Shown piece by piece: positions 51,201 through 63,129 of a stretch of 64,000 bases of DNA. Source of the stretch: Ranitomeya imitator (Eukaryota); NCBI RefSeq assembly GCF_032444005.1, contig NC_091288.1, positions 220,534,001-220,598,000 on the forward strand. Direction: 5' to 3'. The notes below the pieces were generated by a model, which did no database searches, was not told where the DNA came from, and saw only the letters and a list, made by a program, of their open reading frames with translations. Made by a program: the position numbers and the translations under genes. Position 1 is the first letter of the stretch. Each line of letters starts with the position of its first letter.

Positions 51201-52876
51201 TGCAGACAGAATCTTATCATGTATCTCTGTATACAGGAAGCTCCCCCTAGTGGAGGCTGCAGACAGGATCTTATCATGTATCTCTGTATACAGTGAGCTC
51301 CCCCTAGTGGTGACTGCAGACAGGATCTTATCATGTATCTCTATATACAGGGCGTTTCTCCTAGTGCTGACTGCAGACAGGATATTATCATGTATCTCTG
51401 TATACAGGGAGCTCCCCCTAGTGGTGGCTGCAGACAGGATCTTATCATGTATCTCTGTATACAGGGAGCTCCCCTTAGTGGTGGCTGCAGACAGGATCTT
51501 ATCATGTATCTCTGTATACAGGGAGCTCCCCCTAGTGGTGACTGCACACAGGATCTTATCATGTATCTCTGCATACAGGGAGCTCCCCCTTTTGGTGACT
51601 GCAGACAGGCTCTTATCATGTATCTCTATATACAGGGAGCTCCCCCTAATGGTGACTGCAGACAGGATCTTATCATGTATCTCTATATACAGGGCGTTTC
51701 CCCTAGTGCTGACTGCAGACAGGATATTATCATGTATCTCTGTATACAGGGAGCTCCCCCTAGTGGTGGCTGCAGACAGGATCTTATCATGTATCTCTGT
51801 ATACAGGGAGCTCCCCCCAGTGGTGGCTGCAGACAGTATCTTATCATGTATCTCTGTATACAGGAAGCTCCCCCTAGTGGTGACTGCAGACAGGGTCTTA
51901 TCATCTATCTCTGTATACAGGGAGCTCCACCTAGTGGTGGCTGCAGACAGGATCTTATCATGTATCTCTGTATACAGGGAGCTCCCCCCAGTGGTGGCTG
52001 CAGACTGGATCTTATGTATCTCTGTTTACAGGGAGCTCCCCCTAGTGGTGGCTACAGACTGGATCTTATGTATCTCTGTTTACAGGGAGCTCCCCCTAGT
52101 GGTGGCTACAGACTGGATCTTATGTATCTCTGTATACGGGGAGCTCCGCCTAGTGGTGGCTACAGACAGAATCTTTTCTTGTATCTCTGTATACAGGGAG
52201 CTCCCCCCAGTGGTGACTGCAGACATGATCTTATCATGTATCTCTGTATACAGGGAGCTCCCTTAGTGGTGGCTACAGACAGGATCTTATCATGTATCTC
52301 TGTATACAGGGAGCTCCCCCTAGTGGTGGCTGCAGACAGGATCTTATCATGTATCTCTGTACACAGGGAGCTCCCCCTAGTGGTTGCTGCAGATAGGATC
52401 TTATCATGTATCTCTGTATACAGGGAGCTCCCCCTAGTGGTGACTGCAGACAGGATCTTATCATGTATCTCTGTATACAGGGAGCTCCCCCTAGTGGTGA
52501 CTGCAGACAGGATCTTATCATGTATCTCTGTATACAGGGAGCTCCCCCTAGTGGTGACTGCAGACAGGATCTTATCATGTATCTCTGTATACAGGGAGAT
52601 CCCCCTAGTGGTGACTGCAGACAGGATCTTATCATGTATCTCTGTATACAGGGAGCTCCCCCTAGTGGTGACTGCAGACAGGATCTTATCATGTATCTCT
52701 GTATACAGGGAGCGCCCCCTAGTGGTGACTGCAGACAGGATCTTATCATGTATCTCTGTATACAGGGAGCTCCCCCTAGTGGTGACTGCAGACAGGATCT
52801 TATCATGTATCTCTGTATACAGGGAGCTCCCCCTAGTGGTGGCTGCAGACTGGTTCTTATGTATCTCTGTTTACAG
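45205..52876. repeat. 57-bp satellite array, about 135 units, with higher-order structure
   Basis: Unit ATGTATCTCTGTATACAGGGAGCTCCCCCTAGTGGTGGCTGCAGACAGGATCTTATC with recurring diagnostic variants and occasional 54-bp units. Confidence 0.98.
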
Positions 52877-53146
52877 GTAGCTGGTGTGTGTAGTTTTATT
52901 ACATCTCGGTAGCTTCTTTGTTCCTGTGGAATGAAGATGCATGAGAGATATTTCCCACACTCAGTATCTGCTCTCATTCTGATAGTTATCTGGAGACACC
53001 AGGGATCTGCTGATTCAGCAGGAGACGCTTGCACTTGCAGAACATAACTGTCCTCTGGTCTGCATGTCTTGGCAAGCCGCCCTTCACCAGTGTTAAATTG
53101 TCTCATCATGTCGGAATACATCTGATGTATGATGTCTGTGCAAAAG

Positions 53147-56100
53147 GGTCAGTTGCACTGCAAATAGCAACCCCCCAGCAGAAAGCAGTAAAAAAATGCA
53201 AATAAAAATGTAATTAAGAATGGAAGTGGTGCAAGTGGTGTGAATAGTGTCTGTGATAATGGTGACGGGTCAGGGGCGGTTTCTGCTGGAGGTATGGATG
53301 GTGTGAATGGTGCCAGTGCGGGGACTTCTACTAGTGAAAATGGTGAGGCTGAGGTAAGTGAGGTGGAGATGGTTGACTGTGAGGTTGAGGGTTCAGGGAA
53401 TATAGGGGCTGGTCCATCGTCCCCCTCACCTGCAGCCGCCATTAGTTATGCGGCTGCTGCTGCTGGGGTTCCACAGGGGGCTCTCCGGACCCAGAGAATG
53501 AAGCTTTTTGCCGCCGTTTCCTGGAGGCCCTCAAAAAAGGGGAGCGGACGATCAATGTAGAGGGGAGAGAGGTGGTGTTGTCCTACTGGCTAGAAAATTT
53601 TGGTCTAGCTCCCTTCCAAGAGAAAAGGGAGGGGTAGACCGTGTGGTTCCTCCCGACAGCCGGGCAGGGGGTCTCCAGGAGAAATGTGGTTCGTCTTCGC
53701 TGGAGGGGCGATGAAGCGTGTCCATCCAGGACAAATGTGGTGAAGCTGCTCATGAAGATGGACTTCAGGGCTATTGGCATCCTTGCTCTGATACATCCTT
53801 TTGGGACCTCCACCTTTTGATATCAGCTTTGTTTGGCCGGAGGGCTTGGAGCTTTTTTGGTCGAATTATGAGCTGGTATAAGAGGAGCCGGGCTGGCGAG
53901 GGTTCATCATGGACTAAATTCTCGCCAAAGTGGGCCGAAGAAAGTGACCGTTTTAACATGTAATGAGTCTCTTTCTGGCGTTGACATAATGACCTGGTTG
54001 AGTCGGTAATGCGAGGTTGTGGAGGTCCCTAAGAAGAACTGGGAAGATTTTGGCATCTGGCAAGGAGGCTGGACCTTCATGGTAAAGTTGAAGCTTTCAG
54101 GTGGCACTGTCACCCACATCCCTTCCTCGGCTTTCCTGGGAAGGGATCGGATTCTGGTCTTCTACCAGCGGCAGCCGAAGGTATGCCACAGGTGCGATGA
54201 TCCTCGCCACTACAGTGCGGGCTGCAAGGTGCAGAAATGTGCCTTGTGTGGCGAGGTAGGTCACTTCGCCACATCCTGTGGTGTCATTTTGTGTCACCTC
54301 TGTGGTGATCTAGGTCACCTGTTCAGCCGCTGCCCTCGTTCCTTCTCTAATGCCATGGCCAGCCAGGCGAAGGGGAGCCGTGAGGAAGTTCCTGGCGGTG
54401 CAACTTCTGCAGAGGTTGGAGGTGGCAGTGGGGGAGGAGCTGAGGGGCTGATGAGGAATGGCAGGGCTAGGGGCCCCTCTTACCAGCAGAGGCAGGCAAG
54501 GCGGCAGGGGGCAGAAGGAGTCTTGGGAAACTGGGGTAATGGCTGCCCCCTCCTCCGAAGCGACGGCCCATGTCACTTGGGCCCCGGGGGAGGAAGCAGT
54601 GAATGAGATCAGATGGATGGAGAATGAGGAAGTGGCTGATCTCTGATGCCTTCCAATATGAAAGTTTTGATGAGGGTGGAGGGGAACAGCCAAAAGAAAT
54701 GGGTGACAAGGGTACCAAGAGTGCCAAGAGTGCCAAAAGTAAAAAAAAGAAGAAAAAAGGTGGAAATCTTCTTCCCTGACCAAGGTGCCTAAGGAAGGTC
54801 CCACCGATTCCCCTCTGATCCCTCTCTCCAACCAGTTCCAAGCCCTTGACGACCTTGCTGTGACGGGAGTCGGGGGTGAGGTTCCGGAGGTAACATCGGG
54901 AGGGCCTTTGGGAAGTGGGGGAGTCCCTTCTCCAGGGGGTGTGTTTTCCTCGGGAGGTGGGGACAACCCTGGGTCCGGAGATGAGAAAGAGGTGGGAGGG
55001 ATGGATACCTCTGTCTCTCTGAAAAGAAGAGGGGGGGCTTCATCGTCCGGTGATGAGCGGGCTAAGAAAAAGGCCATCTAACTCGATCACTCATAATGGC
55101 GGCACCCACCCCGTTGACTCTAGCGACATTAATGGTTAAAGTCTGATGCGGCTAGATTTGCGGCCTTTGATTTTCTCACCCGATTTGAGGCTTAAATTTT
55201 GTTTTTGCAGGAGACCAGGTTTACGGATATGGGGGCCATACGCAAGGCGGAGAGCGAGTGGAGGTGCGGGTCTTCGTACTGGTCTCTTGCGGTCGAACCG
55301 TGTAGCGGGGTGGCAGTCCTTTTTAAGACTGCATCGGTTGAATTCCGGAGAGTTATCGAGGTAGAAATGGGGAGGTGCCTGGTCTTAGACATCTTCATGA
55401 GGGGACAGGAGCTTCGGCTCATTAACATCTATGGTCCGCAGTCAAAGTGGGACTGTAAATGTCTCTTCCTGAAGATTAAGCCCTATCTTTTTACGAGTCA
55501 GCAGGTGGTCTTTGGAGGTGACTTTAATACTGTCACAAGGCTTCGTGATAAGGGAGGCTCCATTGACCGGCTGGCTTATGATAGTAATACTCTTAATAGC
55601 ATGGAGGAGCACCGTGAGGAGATCTCCAGAGTGAAGTCTTTACTCAAGAGGTGTCAGCACGATAGGCACACATCTTTGGTTTTTGAGAGGGATTTCGGGA
55701 GGTACCGCTCGCCTAACCCCTACAGAAACTGTAAGATGTCAGTGACTTGTAAGGTGGTGACAGGTTTGGTCGACGATACGGGTTCCCTGAACAGATCCAA
55801 ATCAGGGATCCTGGAGGTGATCAGATCTTTCTACTCACACCTCTTGGGGAAGAGGGATCTGGATCGGAACGTGATGTCAGCTTTCCTGGCCGAGGCCATC
55901 CCTGAGCCAGGGGATGACCCCTCGCTTCACGTTTTGACAGAACCAATCAGGGAAGAGGAAATGCGACTTGCCATTGATGGGCTTTGGCCTAAGAAATCGC
56001 CAGGTCCGGATGGCTTAACATCTGAGTTTTATAAGACCTTTAGGGACTCCTTGTCCCCCTCTTGACTGAGGTGTTTAACGATTGTCTCTCCTTGGGTGCT

Positions 56101-57585
56101 CTTTCCCGGTCAATGAGGCAGTCGGCCCTGATTATCCTGTCAAAGGGTAAGGACCCGTCCCGTATTGAGAATTGGCGTCCCATAGCGCTTCTCAATACGG
56201 ACTGGAAGGTTCTGGCAAAGGTGCTGTTCAAACGGCTGGTGAAGTTTGCACCCCGGCTCCTTTCGGGGGTCCAGCACTGCTCTGTTCCAGGCTGCAGTAC
56301 ATTTAGTGCTGTGCTCGGTGTCCGAGAGGCAGTGAAGCAGGGCAGGGTGGGTCACTGGAAGGGGTACTTGCTGTCTTTAGACCAGGCGAAGGCTTTTGAT
56401 CGGGTTAACCACGATTACCTCTGGTCCATCCTTCTGAGGTACGGTCTGCCTGGGGGGTTTGTAAATTGGCTAAAGATCTTGTTTCCGCGGGGGCAGAGAC
56501 TTTCCCGCTCGTGAATGGTTGGTCTGGCCACCCTTTTGAGGTTGGGTCTGTTGTCCGCCAGGGCTGTCCATTGAGCCCGCTGGTATACGTGTTTGCGATA
56601 GATCCCCGTGAGGGGTGTTGCGACACGCTGGAAAGCATGGAGCACTTCCTCCTTCAGTGTCCTTTTAATACAGGGGTCTACAACAGGGTGGGTGCTTCCA
56701 TAGGCTGGCCTCGGCTGGCACACCTTTCCTATGCGGAGTGGGCGTATGGGGCATTCGGATCCCTGGGTGGCCGAGATCGGGGCACTTTATTTCTAGTCAG
56801 TTTAGTCATCAGGTTTTACACGTGGAACGCACGGTGCTTAGTGTCAACTCAGCAGAAAATCCTCCCCCGGGACGAGGTTGTTCGGAACATTCTGGGTGGC
56901 CTGGTGAAGGTGCGCTCTCTGGAGTATGACAGGCTAGGTGCAGCGAGGGCCTCTCTTCTCTGGAGAGGGTTCTCATTTAGTGTACCTAGGGCTTAGATAA
57001 GCAGGTAAATGGTAGGGACAGGTAGATAGCTTCAGTAGGGACAGGTAGATAGTTAGGGACAGGACAGGGACAGCCCAGGGACAGTTAGGTAGGCACGCGG
57101 TGAGTTAGGTAGGGTAGTAGGGTCAGGCAGGGAGAGACAGGGAAAGGTAGTTAGAAAAAATAGGGGCAGATATCTAGACAGGTAGGGACGGCTGGTAGAG
57201 TAAGGATTGCTAGGGTAGAAGCCTGTCATCTCCGGTTTCCCGGTGGCGGGCTGGGGCTTTTCACGATCAGATTTTTGTTTTGCAGAAGTGAATTACTGAT
57301 ATAGGGCTTACAGGCACCAATCCTGGCTCTGGGTAAGTGTTGTAATATAGAGAGTTATGTAGCATTATATTGTAATGTGAGGTGATGATCCTGTGGCTTA
57401 CAGGGTTAATGCACCTGTCTTGTAAGCAAGAGGTTATGAGTTCCTCGGTGAGCTTATTTTTCTATTGTGTTTTTTTTTTTGGGTGGGATGGAGGGGTTTG
57501 GTGCTAGGTTGTTTGTAGTTGTATTTGCTGTGTAACAAAAATGAAATAAAAAATAAAAAAATAAATTAAAAAAATAAAAAACTTT
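53147..57585 (+). mobile_element. Tx1-clade L1 non-LTR retrotransposon, internally deleted
   Basis: ORF1 has three CCHC knuckles (CHRCDDPRHYSAGC, CALCGEVGHFATSC, CHLCGDLGHLFSRC). ORF2 has APE motifs (FLQET, NIYGP, GGDFN), RT motifs (SLDQAKAFDRV, QGCPLSP) and C-terminal ESMEHFLLQC. A-rich tail at about 57540-57585. Confidence 0.9.
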
Positions 57586-57789
57586 TTTTTTGTGTGTGTT
57601 TTAGATAGATGTGCTTAAGCCAGGTGGCTATAGTGTTTCTTTTTGGGCGATGGAGCAGAGTTTTCTTTGTCAGGTTTGGTATGAAGTGTGTATGTGCGCG
57701 TGTATTAATAAAATGTTTCTTCTCTCCTTGGGTGAGGTAACCTGGGGAGGAGGAGATCTGGATGAATTCAAATGTGAAAAGACAAAGGA

Positions 57790-58356
57790 CAGAAAACAAC
57801 ATAAGAAAGAAAGATGGAGGAAGCTTCTCCATTATTAATCTGGCTTAATGTCACCTTACAATAGCAAGGTGACATTAACCCTTCATTACCCCATATCCCA
57901 CCGCTACACTGGAATGGGAAGAGAGTGGCCAAGTGCCAGAATAGGCGCATCCTCCAGATGTGCCTGTTCTGGGGTGGCTGGGGGCAGATGTTTTTAGCCA
58001 GGGGGGGGGCCAATAACCGTGGACCCTCTCCAGGCTATTAATATCTGCCCTCAGTCACTGGCTTTACCACTCTGGCGGAGAAAATTGCGCAGGAGCCCAC
58101 GCCAATGTTTTCCACCATTTAACCCCTTAATTTACTAACTAGAACGGCCAAATTTTGCACATACACACTACTAACATTAGTAGTGTGGAATATGCAAAAA
58201 AAAAATGGAGATATGAGATGGTTTACTGTATGTAATCATGTCTCATATCATGTCGGGTTTAGGAATGAGAAAGCAAAAGCCGGTAATTGAATTACCGGCT
58301 TTAAGGCTATATCGCGCTCGATGAAATATTAATATATATACATATGTGTCTCACTG

Positions 58357-58391
<35 letters not shown>

Positions 58392-58655
58392 TATATATAC
58401 ATATACATATATATATAATATATGTTTTTACGATTTTTTGAGAACATGGATCCATTGTATGTCGGTTTTGAAAGCCTGCGAGAAAATCTCGCAGTACAGA
58501 TGCCATACGGATTACATACGGAGGATGCCATGCGCAAAATACGCTGACACACCCTGCCTATGGATGACATACGGACCACTATTTTGGGGACTTTTCTGCA
58601 TATTACGGCCGTAAAAAATGGACCGTATTTTTATACGCTGAGTGTGAGGCCGGCC
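57790..58655. mobile_element. Right part of a large Harbinger-like non-autonomous element containing an (AT)n tract
   Basis: Ends GTGTGAGGCCGGCC followed by TTA. Interior resembles 29080-29380. (AT)n at about 58355-58422. Confidence 0.5.
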
Positions 58656-58659
58656 TTAT

Positions 58660-59065
58660 ACAGCTACCACTAGAGGAGTGCTCTACATACAGATTTATAC
58701 AGTCACCACTAGGGGGAGCTCACTACATACAGATTTATACAGCAACCACTAGGGGGAGCTCACTACATACAGATTTATACAGCCACCACTAGGGGGAGCT
58801 CACTACATACAGATTTATACAGCCACCACTAGGGGGAGCTCACTACATACAGATTTATACAGCAACCACTAGGGGGAGCTCACTACATACAGATTTATAC
58901 AGTCACCACTAGGGGGAGCTCACTACATATATATGCAGCCACCACTAGAGGGAGCTCACTACATACAGATTTATACAGCAACCACTAGGGGGAGCTCACT
59001 ACATACAGATTTATACAGCAACCACTAGGGGGAGCTCACTACATATATATGCAGCCACCACTGCA
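58660..59065. repeat. 40-bp tandem array, about 10 units, sharing its core with the 57-bp satellite in the opposite orientation
   Basis: Unit CAGCCACCACTAGGGGGAGCTCACTACATACAGATTTATA. Confidence 0.93.
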
Positions 59066-60289
59066 GAAGTCACTTTATTTATGTTTTTGTCCTCACAGAA
59101 TGATGTTTGTTTTTTTAGGAAAGTCCCTTTTTCCTTTGCTCATCCATACACTCATATACTTGTATTCTGGGCTGTTTCTCCGGGCATTATTGCATCTTTC
59201 TCTTGTTTCTGCCTCCTGATCTCAGCACATTAGACCTGGTCTCCTCCCTCCTGACATGTTCAGACACAGGAGACGCTATCACCACAGGCCGCGTTCATTT
59301 CTATAAGCGGTAAGAATGATAAGCGCTATGTTACTGATGACGATGATGATGATATGCGGCTCGGAGGAGGCAGATCCTTGTGAGTTGTACACGGACGGTC
59401 AGAGAATCCAGTTGATCCTCACATTGTGAAGGAATATCCCCTGCCCCCAAGAAACCAGCTCTGGGGGTCCCTCATCCTGCAGGATTCCTTCTGAGGTACG
59501 TTATAATATCCTTATTGGAGGGGGGATATGTGGAGGGAGATTAGCAGCAGCGGTGATTGATCTGCAGGCATGGAGTCACTCCATACGCAGGCTTACCAGT
59601 AGGGTCATAGGATGCATGGTTTTACGAGACCCTCCATCTCAGAGCTTCTAATTACATTTTCACTTCACACCTGTATTTTCTTTTACTAAAACTTGTTACT
59701 TTGCGGTAATAAATTTGGCGCATTTACCAATATACTAACGGCATCTATTTTCTTAATAGTTTTCAAAATTGTTTGCAAAAAGTATAAGAAAGTAAATAAT
59801 AAATTGTTCAGTTTTCTAAGACACTTTTGTAAATCAATTCCAGGAATTTATAACTTTAGAACCGATCACAAACTTTTTGTTTCCATGTGATGGACATTTG
59901 TGCTTCCTCTGCTGCTCTCTAGTGGTCACTGTGAAGAATGCACCACTTTATGCCGATCACTTTATCTGGTTATTTGCTAATATTCTCCTTACACTCTGGT
60001 CTAACAGTATTTGGTCAGTATTTTATATCAGTATTTGTAGCCAAAACCAGGAGATGTGATAACACAGAAGTGGCGACGTGTTTCTATTATACTTTTTCTC
60101 TGATTGTTTGTCTCCTGATTTTGGCACATAAATACTGATGCAAATACTGACCATTACTGGTAGTGTGAAGGCAGCCTTAGAAATGAAGAGGACTGGATCT
60201 CTAGCGCCACCCATTGGATGTAGCAATCCTAAAAGTGAATATTAACCCTTTAAAAAACCTTAGGATGAGAAGCCAAATTAGACACTCTA

Positions 60290-60334
60290 TTTGAAGACAC
60301 GTGTTTCGGGTTGTTCGCCCCTCATCGGTGCAAA
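60290..60334 (-). ncRNA. Type I hammerhead ribozyme motif
   Basis: Minus strand UUUGCA-CCGAUGA-GGGG-CGAACAA-CCC-GAAAC-ACGU-GUC-UUCAAA. Palindromic stem III ACACGUGU. Flanks AGCCAAAUCAGAC / GUCUAAUUUGGCU extend stem I. Confidence 0.75.
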
Positions 60335-60698
60335 GTGGAGGTCTGATTTGGCTAGATGGTTATAAAAACTTCAGAGCACAACAGAATGCGTTTAGAACAT
60401 GAGATCCACATGACCAGAACTGCAGCAGAAGCTGGAGCAATTAGGTTCCGAAAAACAGGTGGTGGTCCTGCCGCCACGCTATCTGATATGACACTGTGCT
60501 ACATCCTGTGGCTGCTGCTCAACGAAAGGTGTTTTTGCTTCTGTTTGCTGCAGTTTAGTTGATGTCAAACAGATACAATAATCAAAAATCACGTTATATA
60601 TAAATAGGCCGCGAGCACGGTAAATGTATGTTAGAAAAAGTGGAGTCCTCCAACAATATGATAAACACCAAGAGAAAAGGAGTAACTAGAGAAACACT

Positions 60699-60922
60699 AA
60701 AATCAAAAAGGTAGCCTTTATTAATTCAAATACAACACAAAAAATGTGTAACCACAAAACAAATAAGAAAATGGAGGAAACAGGTACACAAGGGAGGGTT
60801 GCAGGTCCACAATATGACCTGGGAAAGCAAGAGGTGAGAAGGCAGTCACGTGTATATGACAAAATCCAGCTCGTAATATCAAGTGTTGTATTTGAATTAA
60901 TAAAGGATACCTTTTTGATTTT
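60699..60922. repeat. 40-bp inverted repeat with 144-bp spacer (Penelope-like remnant)
   Basis: 60699-60738 is the reverse complement of 60883-60922 with one mismatch. Confidence 0.7.
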
Positions 60923-61690
60923 GCTGACTCTGCTCTGCAGTATTGCCCATTCTCTGTGTGTGGGTGCACCATATCATGGTCTGAGAAGAGACGAGGGCCC
61001 ATTGCTGACTCTGCTCTGGGACACTGCTCATTCTCTGTGGGTGCACCATAGCAGGGTCTGAGAAGAGACGAGGGCCCATTGCTGACTCTGCTCTGGGACA
61101 CTGCTCATTCTCTGTGGGTGCACCATAGCAGGGTCTGAGAAGAGACGAGGGCCCATTGCTGACTCTGCTCTGCAGTATTGCCCATTCTCTGTGGGTGCAC
61201 CATATCATGGTCTGAGAAGAGACGAGGGCCCATTGCTGACTCTGCTCTGGGACACTGCTCATTCTCTGTGGGTGCACCATAGCAGGGTCTGAGAAGAGAC
61301 GAGGGCCCATTGCTGACTCTGCTCTGGGGCACTGCCCATTCTCTGTGGGTGCACCATATCATGGTCTGAGAAGAGACGAGGGCCCATTGCTGACTCTGCT
61401 CTGGGACACTGCTCATTCTCTGTGGGTGCACCATAGCAGGGTCTGAGAAGAGACGAGGGCCCATTCCTGACTCTGCTCTTTGGCACTGCCCATTCTCTGT
61501 ATGTGGGTGCACCATACCAGGGTCTGAGAAGAGACGAGGGCCCATTCTTGACTCTGCTCTGGGGCACTGCCCAGTCTCTGTGTGTGGGTGCTCCATACCA
61601 GGGTCTGAGAAGAGACGAGGGCCCATTCCTGACTCTGCTCTGGGCACTGCCATTCTCCGTATGTGGGTGCACCATACCAGGGTCTGAGAA
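60923..61690. repeat. 77-bp tandem array, about 10 units
   Basis: GAGGGCCCATT recurs at 60993, 61070, 61147 and 61224. The last units gain TG/TA insertions. Confidence 0.93.
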
Positions 61691-63129
61691 GGAGGCTTTA
61701 TACAAAGACATGATAGAAATGTATACACAGAGGCTGTCATTTTATTAACCACTAGGGAGCACTCACCTCATTTATGAAGCCATCAGTCACGGCTCTGTAT
61801 GCAGTGAGCGGCCCCCAGAAGAGCTCATAAGTGAGGAGTAAATGCAGTTTAGTGCAGATCACAGGCTGAGCGGCAGTAACATGCTCACCTGAAATGTCAC
61901 CAGTCCGATCAGATCAGCAGGAAGTTCAATCAATCAATCGTGTGATTAATTTCTATCCAGTAAAAATAATAAGGAGCTGAAAACCCCCCACAAATATAAT
62001 AATGACCCCAGATCCAGCGTCCGGTGGAGCAGAGCGCACATATGGGACCATTTTTGGCTTCATTTTCAGCAGAGTAATTTATTCCTGGAATGTTATCAGA
62101 CCGATGATAAATTACAGTGAATGTCAGCCGCCAGGATAAGGGCTAATATACCGGGCAGCCTGCCAAAGACTGAACACCTGCGAATGTCAGGGAGCCGCGC
62201 CAAACACTGAGATTACATAGTCCCATTACAGATACGACAAGATAACGCGATAATGGCAGTAACGCTGCGGCTGCTGTTGGGTCTTTTTATTTGATGCATT
62301 TACAATAAGGAATATGGAACAAATGTCAATGTCAGGCAGCAGCCGGCAAAGCAAACGAGATTTTTTTGCTGTTTGAAATAAAAAGATGTAAAACACTGAC
62401 GTGAATGTAACATCACCTCTACTATAAATGTTATCACCTCCTGGTATAAGTATAAATGTCACGAGCAATGTCCACTCGCCTATCCCTATAAGGTGAGCAT
62501 TAGCGCAGCGCCCCCCACAGGCAGTCACACATCCACCACCACACTCCTTGCTGCCACTGCTCGCCGTTTGGATAGTCCAGAGAAACGCCTGCCCAGGGTG
62601 ACACAGGTAGTTCAACCAGGCAATACGTTCCCTCTTTGAGGTTGTGGGTACATTTAGAGCATAAAAGAACAAACCTATTAAATTTATACTTTATTTATTA
62701 AGGAAAGCCCATAACTCAGAAAGTTACAAGATGAGACAACAAAAAGACGGCAAAAGCAACATAAGAACAAAAATGTACAGATTAAAGAGAGAAATGTCTT
62801 ACGCAGGGGATCTGTGAGGTTCAGGTGGAGACGCCGCAGGAGTTGGGACAAATCTACAACAATCTGGATCTGACCAGGAGTTTTCTGGATATTATAAAGG
62901 GTCCCGTCCACGCCCTTCACCCCTCCTCCAGTTCTGGTGAGAGGAGGACGACTACTTGTATGCAAGGAAATTGCGCATATGTGCACTTTTATTCGTGCAT
63001 ATTTAATCTAAGTACATTTATCAAAGTACTGGCAGTTACAACATGGCAGTTAGACAGGGCAGGAGACAGGCAAGACCATTAAATAATTCTATTCCCTGTA
63101 CATTTGGAACAGAACAAATACTCACCATA

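Noticed and set aside
45205-52876. CRISPR-like array
   Set aside because: Units are contiguous with no unique spacers, there are no cas genes, and the context is eukaryotic. The same applies to the 40-bp and 77-bp arrays.
45046-53121. Very long repetitive ORFs (up to 849 aa) on both strands
   Set aside because: They arise because the 57-bp unit is a multiple of 3 and lacks stops in several frames. Frames switch at 1-bp deletions (about 49710 and 52260), and no unique domain or clear splice context supports coding.
59200-59500. Possible exons with donors at about 59310 and 59496
   Set aside because: No sustained open frame or phase-compatible partner. Could be non-coding or chance.
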